Part shown: positions 17,669 to 27,553 of the stretch, piece by piece | How positions within the stretch are numbered: the stretch's first letter is position 1 | How the letters are laid out: every line of letters begins with the position of its first letter | Assembly (NCBI GenBank): GCA_001931535.1 | Contig: CP016211.1 | Coordinates: forward strand, 4,311,573 to 4,375,572 | Direction of reading: 5' to 3' | Source of the DNA: Minicystis rosea | Lineage (GTDB): Bacteria > Myxococcota_A > Polyangia > Polyangiales > Polyangiaceae | Length of the DNA stretch: 64,000 nucleotides | Position numbers and translations under genes: made by a program | The notes under the pieces: model-generated | Database searches by the model: none | Seen by the model: the letters and a program-made list of their open reading frames with translations, nothing else | What the model was told of the DNA's origin: nothing

Positions 17669-20542
17669 TCACTTCGCCAAGAGCAAGGCCAGCACGATCA
17701 CCAGGAACACCGCCCCGACGGCCATCGCCACGACCAACGAGCTCGGCATCCCCAAGATGGTCGGCTTCAGCCGATCGGGGAGCGCGTCCAGATCGGGGCC
17801 GGTGGCTGCGGCCCGGGCCATGGGGCCGCCCGCGGCGCCATCGTATTCGGGAGCGATCGGCGCGGCCGGCGGCTGCGGCGCCATCGCATACGGAGGCATC
17901 GATGGGATGCTCGGCGTCGCTTGCATGGCCGGCCCCGGCGATGCGGAGATCACGCTCACGCGGCTCGCGGTGTCGTAGCCCGTCGTCGGCGGCGGCGGAG
18001 GGAGCTGCGATATCGGCCCGCCGGGCGGCGGCACCGACGCGGGCACCACGGGCGCGCCCGAGATCGCCATGGCCCGCTGCGCATCGATGCCTGGGAAAGC
18101 AGCGCCCGCGTACATCGGGGCCCCGCGCGGTGCTTCGGGGAACGATGACGGCGCGCGCACGCCGGAGTCTGCGACCGGCGCGCTCGCCTGCGGATCGGGC
18201 ACGGGCTGCGCCGCGTAGGCGCCGCTCGTGTTGGCGGCGCCGCCGGGGAAGCGCCCGGCCACCATGCTCTGCTCGATCGCGTGGGCGTCCTCGAGACGCT
18301 TGGCCGCCGCCGCGATCCCGGCCGTGCGGATCATCTGCACGGCTTCAGCGGCGATCCGCGCCGCGTCGGCCGCCATGCGCGCGGCGGCCGCCTTGCGCTC
18401 GGCGCGGAGCTGCGCGGCGCGCGCCTCTTCCGCGCGGCGCACGGCTTCGATCGCGAGCCGATCCGCCTCCGCGACGACGCCCTCCTCGCTGTGCAGCACC
18501 TGCTGGCGCAGCACGTTGCGATCGATCACCTGCACGTCGTCGGGCTGCGAGGCGCGGCCCGCCTCGAAGGTCGGCGAGACCGGCGGCGCCGACACGGACA
18601 TGGACGCCGTCAGCTCCGCCACGCGCACGCCCGGCACGCTGCCCGTCATCTGCGTCTCCGCGTGCGGCGGCACCGGGCGCGACGACGGTGGTGGCGGCGG
18701 CAGCGGCACCGCGCTCACCGGCGGCTTCGGCATCGTGGGAAAGGGCTGCGGCGGGATGTTCGGCGACGGCGGGATCGCGGGCGGCCGCGGCTGCCCGAGG
18801 CGCGCGCGCGCGCCGGGCGCGGCCGCGAGATCGCTCGCTACGCGCGCCTTCTGCTTCGCTTGCAGCGGCTCCGTCGGCAGCTCCGAGTCGGCGTCGACGA
18901 TGGAGATCACGCCCGGCCCAGCCGCGCGCTGCTCCTCTTTCTTCACCGCGGTGATGCGCTCATCGCTCTCCTCGTCGACGATGAGCCCGGGCGACGTGTA
19001 CGGCGGCTTGGGCACGCGCTTCTGCGCGGCGTGCCTGCGCGCCTCGGCGCGCATCGCCATCAGATCGGCGTTGTCCTTCTGCACGAGGGTCGGGACTTCT
19101 TCTCCCGTCTCGTCGTCGTCGTCCCCGATGAGCCGCGGCAGCGCTTGCGCTCCGCCCACGCGCAGCTCGACGTCGGTCGCGTCACCGTCGCCGTCGTCGA
19201 GCGAAGGCACGCGCCTCTTGGCGCGCGGCGGATCGATGGCGGGCGCCAGCTTCTTGAGCTGCTGCACGGCCGCCTGCGCTCGCAGCGAGCGCGGATCCGG
19301 CGCTTGCCCGGCGCGCGGCGGCACGCGCGGCCGCGAGAGCAGGCCCGGCGGCGGAGGCGGCGGCACCACGCCCGGCGGCGGAGGCGGCGGCGGGATCGCC
19401 GCGGGACGCGGCGGCAGCGGCGTCGCCGGCGGAGGCGGCGCCTCCGAGTCCGATCGGCTCGCACGGCCGCCCTGTGTGTGATCGGTATACGTGGGCACGC
19501 GCGGCGGCTCGCGCCCCACGGGCTGCGGCGAGAGCTCACCGGCGATGGCGCGCTCGAACCAGCGCATCTGGCGCATGGCGTTGCGCCGCACGAAGCGCGC
19601 GAGCGCCTCGTCGTTGCCCTCTTGGTAGCCGTGCACGAGGAGCCACTCGTCGAAGCGATCGGTGATCTCGCGCGCGCTCTGGAAGCGGGCCGCCGGATCC
19701 TTCTCCAGGCAGCGGTTGACCACGTTGACCAGCTCGCGATCGATCTTGGGCCGGAGCTCGCGCAGATCGGCGGGCGGATCGCGGAGGCTCGACTGCACCA
19801 TGTCGATGTCGGTCTTGCCCGTCCACGGCCGCCGACCCGAGAACAGCTCGAAGAGCAGCACGCCGAAGGAGAACAGATCGGCGCGCGCATCGATCACGTC
19901 CGCGCGCGCGGCCTCGGGCGCCATGTACGTCGGCTCGCCCTTGCGCATGCCGGTCAGCGTCTTGGTGAGCCGCTGCTTGGCCTTGGCCAGACCGAAGTCG
20001 GCGATCTTCACCTCGCCGTTGAAGCCGAGGAGCACGTTGCCCGGCGTGAGATCGCGGTGCACCAAGTTGAGGAGCTCGCCGTTGGGCGCGCGGAGCCCGT
20101 GCGCGGCGGCGAGGCCGCGCGTGATGCACGCGCCCAGGTAGACCACCATGCGCTCGGTGAAGGCCTCTCCGGTGTCGAAGATGGTCTTCATCAAGCGCAG
20201 CAGCGACACGCCCTGCACGAGCTCCACCGCGAGGTACGAGCCCTCCACGTCGTTGCCCCAGCCCGCGACCTCGACGACGTTCGGGTGCTTGAGGGCCGCC
20301 GTCATCCACACCTCGTCGAGGAACTGGTTGACGAAGGTGGGGTCCTCCGCGATGTGCGGGTGGAGCCGCTTCACCGCGAGCAGGCGGCCCTGCTGGGGAT
20401 GCGGCGGCGGCACGCGCGCGAGATCCACGCGCGCCGTAGCGCCGACGGCGATCTCCGCGAGCGCTTGGAAAGGGAGCGCGCCCGCGGTGAGCCCCGTCAT
20501 CGGGGCCTGCGACCCCATCGGTGTATCGGGCCCGTGCGGCAT
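17669..20542 (-). CDS. Ser/Thr protein kinase with a long Pro-rich low-complexity region and a C-terminal transmembrane anchor
   Basis: Hanks motifs VHRDLTPGNVLL, DFGLAK, YMAPE. Followed by PPPPPPPGVVPPPPPP tracts and a C-terminal hydrophobic helix VVAMAVGAVFLVIVLALLLAK. Confidence 0.85.
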   Translation of the reverse strand: MPHGPDTPMGSQAPMTGLTAGALPFQALAEIAVGATARVDLARVPPPHPQQGRLLAVKRLHPHIAEDPTFVNQFLDEVWMTAALKHPNVVEVAGWGNDVEGSYLAVELVQGVSLLRLMKTIFDTGEAFTERMVVYLGACITRGLAAAHGLRAPNGELLNLVHRDLTPGNVLLGFNGEVKIADFGLAKAKQRLTKTLTGMRKGEPTYMAPEAARADVIDARADLFSFGVLLFELFSGRRPWTGKTDIDMVQSSLRDPPADLRELRPKIDRELVNVVNRCLEKDPAARFQSAREITDRFDEWLLVHGYQEGNDEALARFVRRNAMRQMRWFERAIAGELSPQPVGREPPRVPTYTDHTQGGRASRSDSEAPPPPATPLPPRPAAIPPPPPPPGVVPPPPPPGLLSRPRVPPRAGQAPDPRSLRAQAAVQQLKKLAPAIDPPRAKRRVPSLDDGDGDATDVELRVGGAQALPRLIGDDDDETGEEVPTLVQKDNADLMAMRAEARRHAAQKRVPKPPYTSPGLIVDEESDERITAVKKEEQRAAGPGVISIVDADSELPTEPLQAKQKARVASDLAAAPGARARLGQPRPPAIPPSPNIPPQPFPTMPKPPVSAVPLPPPPPSSRPVPPHAETQMTGSVPGVRVAELTASMSVSAPPVSPTFEAGRASQPDDVQVIDRNVLRQQVLHSEEGVVAEADRLAIEAVRRAEEARAAQLRAERKAAAARMAADAARIAAEAVQMIRTAGIAAAAKRLEDAHAIEQSMVAGRFPGGAANTSGAYAAQPVPDPQASAPVADSGVRAPSSFPEAPRGAPMYAGAAFPGIDAQRAMAISGAPVVPASVPPPGGPISQLPPPPPTTGYDTASRVSVISASPGPAMQATPSIPSMPPYAMAPQPPAAPIAPEYDGAAGGPMARAAATGPDLDALPDRLKPTILGMPSSLVVAMAVGAVFLVIVLALLLAK

Positions 20543-20578
20543 CGGGCGCGGAGTCTAACAGACCATGGTGCGGAGGGA

Positions 20579-21238
20579 CTATCCGGCGCTGGTGCGCGCC
20601 GCCGCGATGGCCAGCGGCACCCCGGAGAGCGAGGCCTTGAGGTGGACGTCGAGGTGATCGTCCTTGGTCTTGAGGGCGCGCACGCCGAGGACGGGCGTCA
20701 CCACCCCGAGCGCGTGCTTGACCTTGGCGTTCGCCCCGATCTTCGGCACCTTCATGAGGTCGACGACGATGCGATCGTCCTTCGCGTCCACGAGGGCCGC
20801 CGGACGCTTGGGCATGAAAGCCACGAGGTTGCCGGGCTTCGACAGATCGAGCGCGCCCGACTTGAGCAGACCCGCCACCGGCGAAGCCGCGTCGCCGAGC
20901 ACCGTCAACGTGAGCCCCTCGATGCGCACGCCGATGCGGATCTGCTCGGTCCCGATGTCGAGCTCCTCGACATAGATCACGGCCACCGCGCGCACCGGCG
21001 TGCCCATCGCGTCCACCGTCGCGGCGAAGCGAATGCCCGGCGGCGCGGCCTCGATCACGACGTCCTTGGGCGCCTTCGGCCCGCCGCCGAACTCGCGCGC
21101 GAAGTACCGCACCGCGTCCATCGGCACGCCGAAACGGAGACCCAGCGCACCACGCAGGGCACGCAGGATTTCCTCGGGGTGCTGCTTCAGGTAATCGGTC
21201 GCGTGGCGAAGAAGGATTTTGGGGTCGAGGCGCGGCAT
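20579..21238 (-). CDS. hypothetical protein, co-oriented and closely spaced (37 bp) upstream of the Ser/Thr kinase
   Basis: 219-aa ORF from the ATG at 21238 (MPRLDPKILL...). The longer upstream extension is Arg-rich junk. Confidence 0.5.
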   Translation of the reverse strand: MPRLDPKILLRHATDYLKQHPEEILRALRGALGLRFGVPMDAVRYFAREFGGGPKAPKDVVIEAAPPGIRFAATVDAMGTPVRAVAVIYVEELDIGTEQIRIGVRIEGLTLTVLGDAASPVAGLLKSGALDLSKPGNLVAFMPKRPAALVDAKDDRIVVDLMKVPKIGANAKVKHALGVVTPVLGVRALKTKDDHLDVHLKASLSGVPLAIAAARTSAG

Positions 21239-21435
21239 CGTTGAGGACGTACCATCGCCCAACCACAACGGCGGGCGCAAGGTCCGCGGCGCAGGTCGAG
21301 AACATCGCCGCGGCCGACGCACTGCGCCGTCGCGCGTCGCGCCCCTTTGCCTCCGCATCTCGATAGGGCCGCAAGCGGCCGTATCCCCCCGGGCTGGACG
21401 AGCCAGCCCTTGATCTCCGCCTGATCGGACGTCGC

Positions 21436-23163
21436 ATGCAAACCCGCTTTTCCTTTGCAGCCTCCCTCGTCTCCGCGGCGCTCTTTACCGCCGGCTGCCA
21501 TCCGCCGAAGCCCGCGGTCGCCGGCGCCCCCGTCGAGGAGGACGACGACGATGACGTCGGTGAGGGCCCACGCATCCGCGAGATCTCCATCGACGTTCCC
21601 ATCGTCCAATCGAGCGCTCCGCCGACCGACGGTCGTCCCGCGCCGCTGCCTACGGTGCTCAAGCCCGATGCTCGCCTCGTGGCGCCGGCGGGGTTCAGCG
21701 CCGGCGGCTTCACCACGGCGGACGTGTCCGCGCCCACGACGGGTCCCGTCCTCGAGGGTGGCCGGCTCGGTCACGATCCGCAGGTCGCCGCGAGCGATCG
21801 CCACCTCATCGTCTACACGGCGCATCGCTATCGCATGTACGACAAGGCCACGGGCGCGCCGCTCGCCGCGGAGGGCGAGATCACGCCCAACGGCGACTTC
21901 AACGGCCTCTTCTCACCGCTGTGGCTCCCGCGCGATCACACCGGCGCGCCCAGCACGCAGAACATCAACACGCGCCTCAACTTCGCCCTCGAAGATCCCC
22001 TGCGCTGCGACCCCGAGCACCCCACCGCGTCGAACGCGTGCGTGCAGGAGTTCTACGACACGCGCATCCTCTGGGACGCGCACCGGCGCCGCTTCTGGGT
22101 CGAGTCGGCGGCGCGCAATCACCTCTGGTACTGCAAGCCGGGCAACCCGTGCGGGCCGACGCAGTCGCCCACCCAAGCGCGGCGCTACATCGCGATCGCC
22201 GTCTCCAAGACGGAGGATCCGCGCCAGGGCTTCCATCGCTACATCCTCGTCAACCAGTACAGCGACTGGCCCAAGATCGGGATCGACGAGCGGTACTTGA
22301 TCCTCGGTCATCGAGGCACGAGCACCGCCTACGTCTTCGACGCCGACAAGCTCGCCGCGGGCAACCCCGATCATGGTCCGGTGCGCCTCGCCAAGCTCAC
22401 CGCACGCGCGTTCCCAGGCGTGCGTCACCTCGCGCCCGTCACCGCGCACGGGCCCACGGGCGGCGTGACGTACCTGCTCGGCTCCGACGGCTCCGACAGC
22501 ATCCGCGTCTTCGGTTTGTGGAGCCCCGATCCCAACCGCCCGGCGCGACCGAAGGTCCTCATCGGGCCCAAGATCGACATCGACCAGAAGCTCGGCACCA
22601 TCGAAGGCAACGCCGTCTACCGCAACGGGATGCTCCATTGGACGCGGGACCAGTGGGCGCCCGATCACGAGAAGGAGTACCGGCAGGTCCGCGTCACGCG
22701 CATGCCGCTCCGCCTCGCGCCCGCGGAGGGCGAGCGTCCGCCGCACATCTGGGCCACGAACGACGCGCGCTTCGGCTTCCTCGACGTGGTCATCGGCGAG
22801 CGCGAGCGCGACGACGGCCCCGGCGAGATCATGGACTACGAAAAGCCCGCGCTCGACGTGAACGACGTCGGCGACATCGTCGTGGTCTACAGCCGCAAGA
22901 GCTACCGCGCGCGCGTCGCCGTCCCGCCCGAGATGCGATACAGCATCATCTACCACGGCGAGCTCCGCGCCCGCCCCGGCGTCCTCGTGCGCCGCGGCAC
23001 CACCTCCCAGGTGCCCGACATCAACGACAACGCCAAGGCCGGCATCGACCTCGCCTTCGCGCAGGTCGACCCGAGCGACGATCACACCGTGTGGATCACC
23101 CACGCCGTCGCCGACGCCCGCATGCGCTGGTACCGCCAAATCGTCGCCGCCGTGCGCCCCTGA
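21436..23163 (+). CDS. secreted lipoprotein of unknown function (575 aa)
   Basis: Signal peptide with lipobox (LFTAGC), an acidic linker (EEDDDDDVGEG), then a large Trp/Tyr-rich domain with no recognised family. Confidence 0.65.
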   Translation: MQTRFSFAASLVSAALFTAGCHPPKPAVAGAPVEEDDDDDVGEGPRIREISIDVPIVQSSAPPTDGRPAPLPTVLKPDARLVAPAGFSAGGFTTADVSAPTTGPVLEGGRLGHDPQVAASDRHLIVYTAHRYRMYDKATGAPLAAEGEITPNGDFNGLFSPLWLPRDHTGAPSTQNINTRLNFALEDPLRCDPEHPTASNACVQEFYDTRILWDAHRRRFWVESAARNHLWYCKPGNPCGPTQSPTQARRYIAIAVSKTEDPRQGFHRYILVNQYSDWPKIGIDERYLILGHRGTSTAYVFDADKLAAGNPDHGPVRLAKLTARAFPGVRHLAPVTAHGPTGGVTYLLGSDGSDSIRVFGLWSPDPNRPARPKVLIGPKIDIDQKLGTIEGNAVYRNGMLHWTRDQWAPDHEKEYRQVRVTRMPLRLAPAEGERPPHIWATNDARFGFLDVVIGERERDDGPGEIMDYEKPALDVNDVGDIVVVYSRKSYRARVAVPPEMRYSIIYHGELRARPGVLVRRGTTSQVPDINDNAKAGIDLAFAQVDPSDDHTVWITHAVADARMRWYRQIVAAVRP

Positions 23164-23214
23164 TCTCCTGCTCGCTCCGCGGAGAGGATCGCAATCCCCC
23201 ACTTCGGAAATGGG

Positions 23215-24480
23215 TCATCGCTGGCACACGCGGCGGCTGTCGAACGGCAGCAGCCGACAGGTGAGGCCTCGATCGCAGTCCGTGTCGCGGGTGCAAGCGC
23301 GGGTGCAGTAGCCGGGGACGTCCGGCGACGCCGCGCGCAGGCACAGCCTCGATCGGCAATCGCGAGGCCGGCGGCAGGCCTCGCCGGGGCGCCCGCCGCT
23401 GCGGAGGACGAGGACCCCGGCGACGACGAAGACCGCGAGCACGAGGAGGGCAATCGCCGAGCGCGGGCGGGCGGCGGAGCGTCGCGGCAGCGCGCTCGCG
23501 GCGCGGAAGATGTGCGGCGGGGGCCGCGGCACGGCGTCGGAATCGGCCTGGTCGATCACCCATGTGGACCTCGCCGGCACGCGGAGCGTGTGGAGCCCCT
23601 CGAGGTCGACGTGCGCGGCCAAGGTTCCCTCGTCCAGCGCGTCGTGGAGCGCGAAGCCCGGGAGCGTGAGACGGCGCGCCACGCCGTACACGGGCAGCGT
23701 GACGGCATCGACGTACGCAGGCGCGTCCGCAAGCGCGCGTACCACCGCGCCGGCGAGCTCCGCGTGAGGCTCGGCGCGGGCGGCGACGGCCGCGAGGTGC
23801 GCCTCCCAGCCGTCGAGATCGGAGACGTCCGCCATCCAGAACGCGAGCGCGATCTGCGCCGAGTCCGCGAGGCCCTCCGAGGCAGCGGAGACGACGCGAT
23901 CGAGCAGGCGATCGCGCGACTCGACCCCCGCCTGAGCGCGCCCCTCCAACTCCAGGTGCGAAAAGATGGAGTAGAACGCGCCCCCGATCGACGCCAGCGT
24001 CTTGCCCTCGCGCCTCATGTGGAGATGGAAGTAGTCGTCGGCGTTGCGCGCGAAGCCGACCTCCACGATCCGCGCGGAGCCGTCGAGCCGCACGTGCTCC
24101 GCGGGCCCGAGATCCCGGCGGTCGGTGGAGCCCACGAGCAGGAGCCGCGCGCGGGAGAGCAGCTTCACGAGGTGCGGGCGGCGCGGGCCGTCGCCGCGGC
24201 TCATGTGGTGCGAGCGGTACCCCTCTGCGCCGCCCTCGCCTTCGGGGGCCATCGCGGCCCACTCGGCGGCGAGGTGGGGCGCGTAGCGGCAGCGCTCGGC
24301 GAGCGAGAGATCCTCGAGCGCGACGAAGGTGTAGCTGTTCTTCCAGTTGGTGATGTCCTCGCCGAGGAGGTACCCCGCGAGCTCACCGCACAGGATCTCG
24401 TGCTCCGTGCCGACGTCGAGCGGGAGCATCTCGATCGAGCCCGGAACGATGAGGCGCGGACGCGCTTCGGGATCGGCCAT
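23215..24480 (-). CDS. hypothetical membrane protein with a C-terminal Cys-rich extracytoplasmic tail
   Basis: 421 aa. One hydrophobic helix (IALLVLAVFVVAGVLVL) followed by CRRPRDCRSRLCLRAA...CTRACTRDTDCDRGLTC. Confidence 0.5.
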   Translation of the reverse strand: MADPEARPRLIVPGSIEMLPLDVGTEHEILCGELAGYLLGEDITNWKNSYTFVALEDLSLAERCRYAPHLAAEWAAMAPEGEGGAEGYRSHHMSRGDGPRRPHLVKLLSRARLLLVGSTDRRDLGPAEHVRLDGSARIVEVGFARNADDYFHLHMRREGKTLASIGGAFYSIFSHLELEGRAQAGVESRDRLLDRVVSAASEGLADSAQIALAFWMADVSDLDGWEAHLAAVAARAEPHAELAGAVVRALADAPAYVDAVTLPVYGVARRLTLPGFALHDALDEGTLAAHVDLEGLHTLRVPARSTWVIDQADSDAVPRPPPHIFRAASALPRRSAARPRSAIALLVLAVFVVAGVLVLRSGGRPGEACRRPRDCRSRLCLRAASPDVPGYCTRACTRDTDCDRGLTCRLLPFDSRRVCQR

Positions 24481-24559
24481 CGCGCGCGATCATAGAAGAC
24501 CGCGCCGCCCGCGGGCGATCCGTCGACGCGTGCGCGGCGTCTTCACGACCGCGACGCGC

Positions 24560-25492
24560 TCAGCTGCGCTTGACCTCGTCGGAGAATTTCACGGCTTCGC
24601 GGAGGACGTGATCGGCGAGCGCCGGATCGATGATGCTCTTGATCTTTCCAGTGTCGATCCCCTGCTCGGCGGCCGTCTTGAAATCGATGATCTCGTCGGC
24701 CATCGTCACGAGCTCGGCGCGGCTGGGGTGGCCTTCGTGCGCGCGGTGCGCGACCTCGGCCTTGGCCGTCGCCTTGGCGATGAGCGCGCGCTCCTCGGGG
24801 TCGAGCAGGTGCGCGACGAACTCGAGGTGCTCCGCCATGATCTCCGTCCAGAAGCTCGAGACCTCGTCGAGCTGGAGCGCCGCGTTGCCTTGCGCCATCT
24901 GCTGGAGCCGAGTCGCGAAGCGCTCGGCCTCGCGGGCCACATGATCGAAGAAGAGCGGCCAAACCAGGCTCTGGAGGACACCGCTCTCCTGCGCGCGCTG
25001 CATCCGTCGCTTGTAGTCGATCAACTGGCGCACGCTCGATTGCGTCGCGGCGAGGAGCGGCGCGAGCGCGCCGTCACGCCAGGCGTTGTTGCGGGCGTAG
25101 AGGAAATTCTGGGCGAAGAGGAGCTGGAACTGCCGCGCCTCCTGCCGCACCGCGCGCAGGCGATCGCCGGGCATGAGCAGCGTGAAGAAGAGCGCGTGCT
25201 CCATGAGCTGGTCGGTCCAGAAGAGGATCTCCGAGACGGCGTGCGCGGCGAGGCTGGCATCCGCGGCCGGAAGGTAAATCGGCTTCTGCGCCCGCGTATC
25301 GACGCGAATCCCGGGGGTCTGGACAATCCCTTCGGGGAGAGGGATGGGCCCGACGTGCTCGATGGTGTCAGCGCTGGCCTTGGCCGCGCCCGCGAGGCTC
25401 GGCGTGGCGAGCAACGACGTGCCGAGGGCCGCCGTCGCGCCGCCGGCGAACCGGCGACGACCGAATTTCCCGCGCGCAGAATCTTTCTTCAT
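24560..25492 (-). CDS. Tat-signal exported protein with two copies of a helical FWT(D/E)xxMxEHxxF motif (DUF2935-like; assignment tentative)
   Basis: ATG at 25492 with GGAGGGAG upstream. Twin-arginine signal (RRRFAGGATAALG). Internal duplication: EILFWTDQLMEHALFF vs SSFWTEIMAEHLEFV. Confidence 0.65.
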   Translation of the reverse strand: MKKDSARGKFGRRRFAGGATAALGTSLLATPSLAGAAKASADTIEHVGPIPLPEGIVQTPGIRVDTRAQKPIYLPAADASLAAHAVSEILFWTDQLMEHALFFTLLMPGDRLRAVRQEARQFQLLFAQNFLYARNNAWRDGALAPLLAATQSSVRQLIDYKRRMQRAQESGVLQSLVWPLFFDHVAREAERFATRLQQMAQGNAALQLDEVSSFWTEIMAEHLEFVAHLLDPEERALIAKATAKAEVAHRAHEGHPSRAELVTMADEIIDFKTAAEQGIDTGKIKSIIDPALADHVLREAVKFSDEVKRS

Positions 25493-25829
25493 CGCTCCCT
25501 CCCTCGTTCCCGTGCTCCCGGAGCACCTCTGCGCAGAGGTGCACGGGCCGCGCCGAAATCGGTTGGCCGCGCGGTGCCACGGCGGCCCTGGAAGAGCGCG
25601 CGGAACGAGCGTTTCAATGCCGCACGACCGCACGGCGACGCCGACGACCTCCCGTCGCTCGCTGCGATGCGGCGTGCGGTGGCATCCGGGGCGCGCTGAC
25701 CGTGGCGGCGGCGAGGGCGCCGTGCGCAGACGCGGTCGGCGCGTTCCGCAGGGGCACGTGGGATGGGCGACCATCGTGCGGCCTACTTGTTGAGCCGTTC
25801 TTCCCGGGTCGGGGTACAGAAGGACGCCG

Positions 25830-26417
25830 ATGGCCGTTCCCCAGCCCGCACGAAGGCCCGCCGGGCCCTCCGACGCCGCCCTCGTGGTCGCGGTGCGCGC
25901 CAACGAGGGATGGGCTTTCGAGGCGCTCTACCATCGGTACGCCGATCTCGCGTACGGCGTCGCCTTTCGCTTGTTGGGGAGCCCCGAGGACGCCGAGGAC
26001 ATGCTGCAGGAGAGCTTCATCGAGGCGTTCGCCGCCATCCACCGGCTCCAGGAGCCGGCGGCGCTGCGCTCGTGGCTCTGCAGCGTCGTGGTGCGCCGCA
26101 CCTGCAAGCTGCTCCGGCGGCGGCGCCTCTTGAATCGGCTCGGGCTGCGAAGGCGCGAGGGGCCGATCGATTTCGACGGTCTCATCGGCCGCGGGTGCCC
26201 GCCGGACGTCTACACGGAGCTGCGCGCGCTCTACGGGATCCTTGATACGATGCCTGCGGAGGTGCGTGTCGTGCTCGTGTTGCGTCGGGTGGAGGGCGCG
26301 ACGTTGGACGAGATCGCCAAGCTGACGGGCCTGTCGCTGGCGACGGTGAAGCGACGCCTCACCGCCGCCGAGGCCATTCTTCGGGAAGCGTCGCCTACGG
26401 AGGGGGAGGCGTCATGA
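25830..26417 (+). CDS. ECF (sigma-70 family group IV) RNA polymerase sigma factor
   Basis: 195 aa with region-2 (LQESFIEAF) and region-4 HTH (TLDEIAKLTGLSLATVKRRL). Its stop overlaps the start of the next gene (ATGA). Confidence 0.85.
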   Translation: MAVPQPARRPAGPSDAALVVAVRANEGWAFEALYHRYADLAYGVAFRLLGSPEDAEDMLQESFIEAFAAIHRLQEPAALRSWLCSVVVRRTCKLLRRRRLLNRLGLRRREGPIDFDGLIGRGCPPDVYTELRALYGILDTMPAEVRVVLVLRRVEGATLDEIAKLTGLSLATVKRRLTAAEAILREASPTEGEAS

Positions 26418-27553
26418 GCAACAGCCGACCCGCGCGTTATCTGCGGTCCCAGCTCGGCGACGCCCAGCGCGAGCGGAGCTGGGCCGTGATCCGCGCGCGG
26501 CTTCCGCAAACGCGGCGCCGCAGCCTGGCGATCCGCGCCCTCGCCATCGCCGCCATGCTCGCGTTGTTCGCGTGGGTCGGCGTGGCGCTGCGCGCGCGCC
26601 CGACGGAGTTCCAAGCGGCCACGCTGGAGACGCGCGCCAACGAGCAGGAGGCCCTCACGCTCGCGGACGGGTCCCGCATCGTCGTCGGTGGATCCACGCG
26701 CGTGCACCTCGCCGTCGTCTCGAAGACGCGCGTGCTCCTCCAGCTCGATCACGGCGAGATCGACGCCGAGGTGACGCACGTCGACGGTCGATCGTTCGTG
26801 GTCGCCGCGGCCGGGCACGAGGTCGCCGTCATCGGCACGCATTTCCGCGTGCAGGCCGAAGAGGGCGGCGAGTCTCCGCGCGTGAGCGTCTCCGTGACCC
26901 GCGGTCGCGTCGAGGTGACGCGCGTCGCGGACGCCACGCGCCGCCTGGTCGATGCCGGCGAGACGTGGTCGTCCGTCGGCAAGCCCGAGCCCGCGCCTCC
27001 GCCGCCGCCCGTGGAAGAGCCCGCCCCCGCCGACGTCGACGCGGGTCCCGTGCGGCCGGCGCCGACGGTCACCGGCTTCCGCCTCCCGCGGCGCTTCCAC
27101 GATCTCGCGGAGGACGGGCATTACACCGACGCGTACGCCGAGCTCGGCTCGAACGGCGTGGCCCGCGCGACGCGACTGGCGCGCGCGCCGGATCTGTTCA
27201 AGGTTGGCCAAGTGGCACGCTACGACGGGCACCCGCGTGAAGCGGTGGACGCTTTCCAGGCGCTCGTGAAGCGCTACCCCAACGATGGGCGCGCCGGCGT
27301 CGCCGGCCTGGAGGCCGGCCGCCTCCTGCTCACCGAGCTCAACGATCCGGCCGCGGCCGCCGCCGCCTTCGCGGAGGCCATGCGGCTCGCGCCCAACGAT
27401 TCATTCCGCGAGGACGCCCTCGCTCGGCGCGTGCAAGCGCTGGACATCGCCGGCGATCGCTCGGCGTGCGTGGAAGCCAGGCAGCAGTACCTGTCGTCCT
27501 ACCCTCAAGGCACGCACGCCGTGACCGTCGCGCGGCGATGCCCGGTCCGCTGA
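26414..27553 (+). CDS. FecR-family anti-sigma factor
   Basis: N-terminal cytoplasmic segment, a TM helix (LAIRALAIAAMLALFAWVGV), and a FecR-like periplasmic domain (GSRIVVGGSTRVHL...GEIDAEVTH...). Translationally coupled to the sigma factor gene. Confidence 0.8.
   Translation: MSNSRPARYLRSQLGDAQRERSWAVIRARLPQTRRRSLAIRALAIAAMLALFAWVGVALRARPTEFQAATLETRANEQEALTLADGSRIVVGGSTRVHLAVVSKTRVLLQLDHGEIDAEVTHVDGRSFVVAAAGHEVAVIGTHFRVQAEEGGESPRVSVSVTRGRVEVTRVADATRRLVDAGETWSSVGKPEPAPPPPPVEEPAPADVDAGPVRPAPTVTGFRLPRRFHDLAEDGHYTDAYAELGSNGVARATRLARAPDLFKVGQVARYDGHPREAVDAFQALVKRYPNDGRAGVAGLEAGRLLLTELNDPAAAAAAFAEAMRLAPNDSFREDALARRVQALDIAGDRSACVEARQQYLSSYPQGTHAVTVARRCPVR

Noticed and set aside
18281-21244. 987-aa plus-strand ORF
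   Set aside because: Antisense to the proline-rich Ser/Thr kinase gene and the upstream hypothetical gene. Arg-rich, with no domain signatures.
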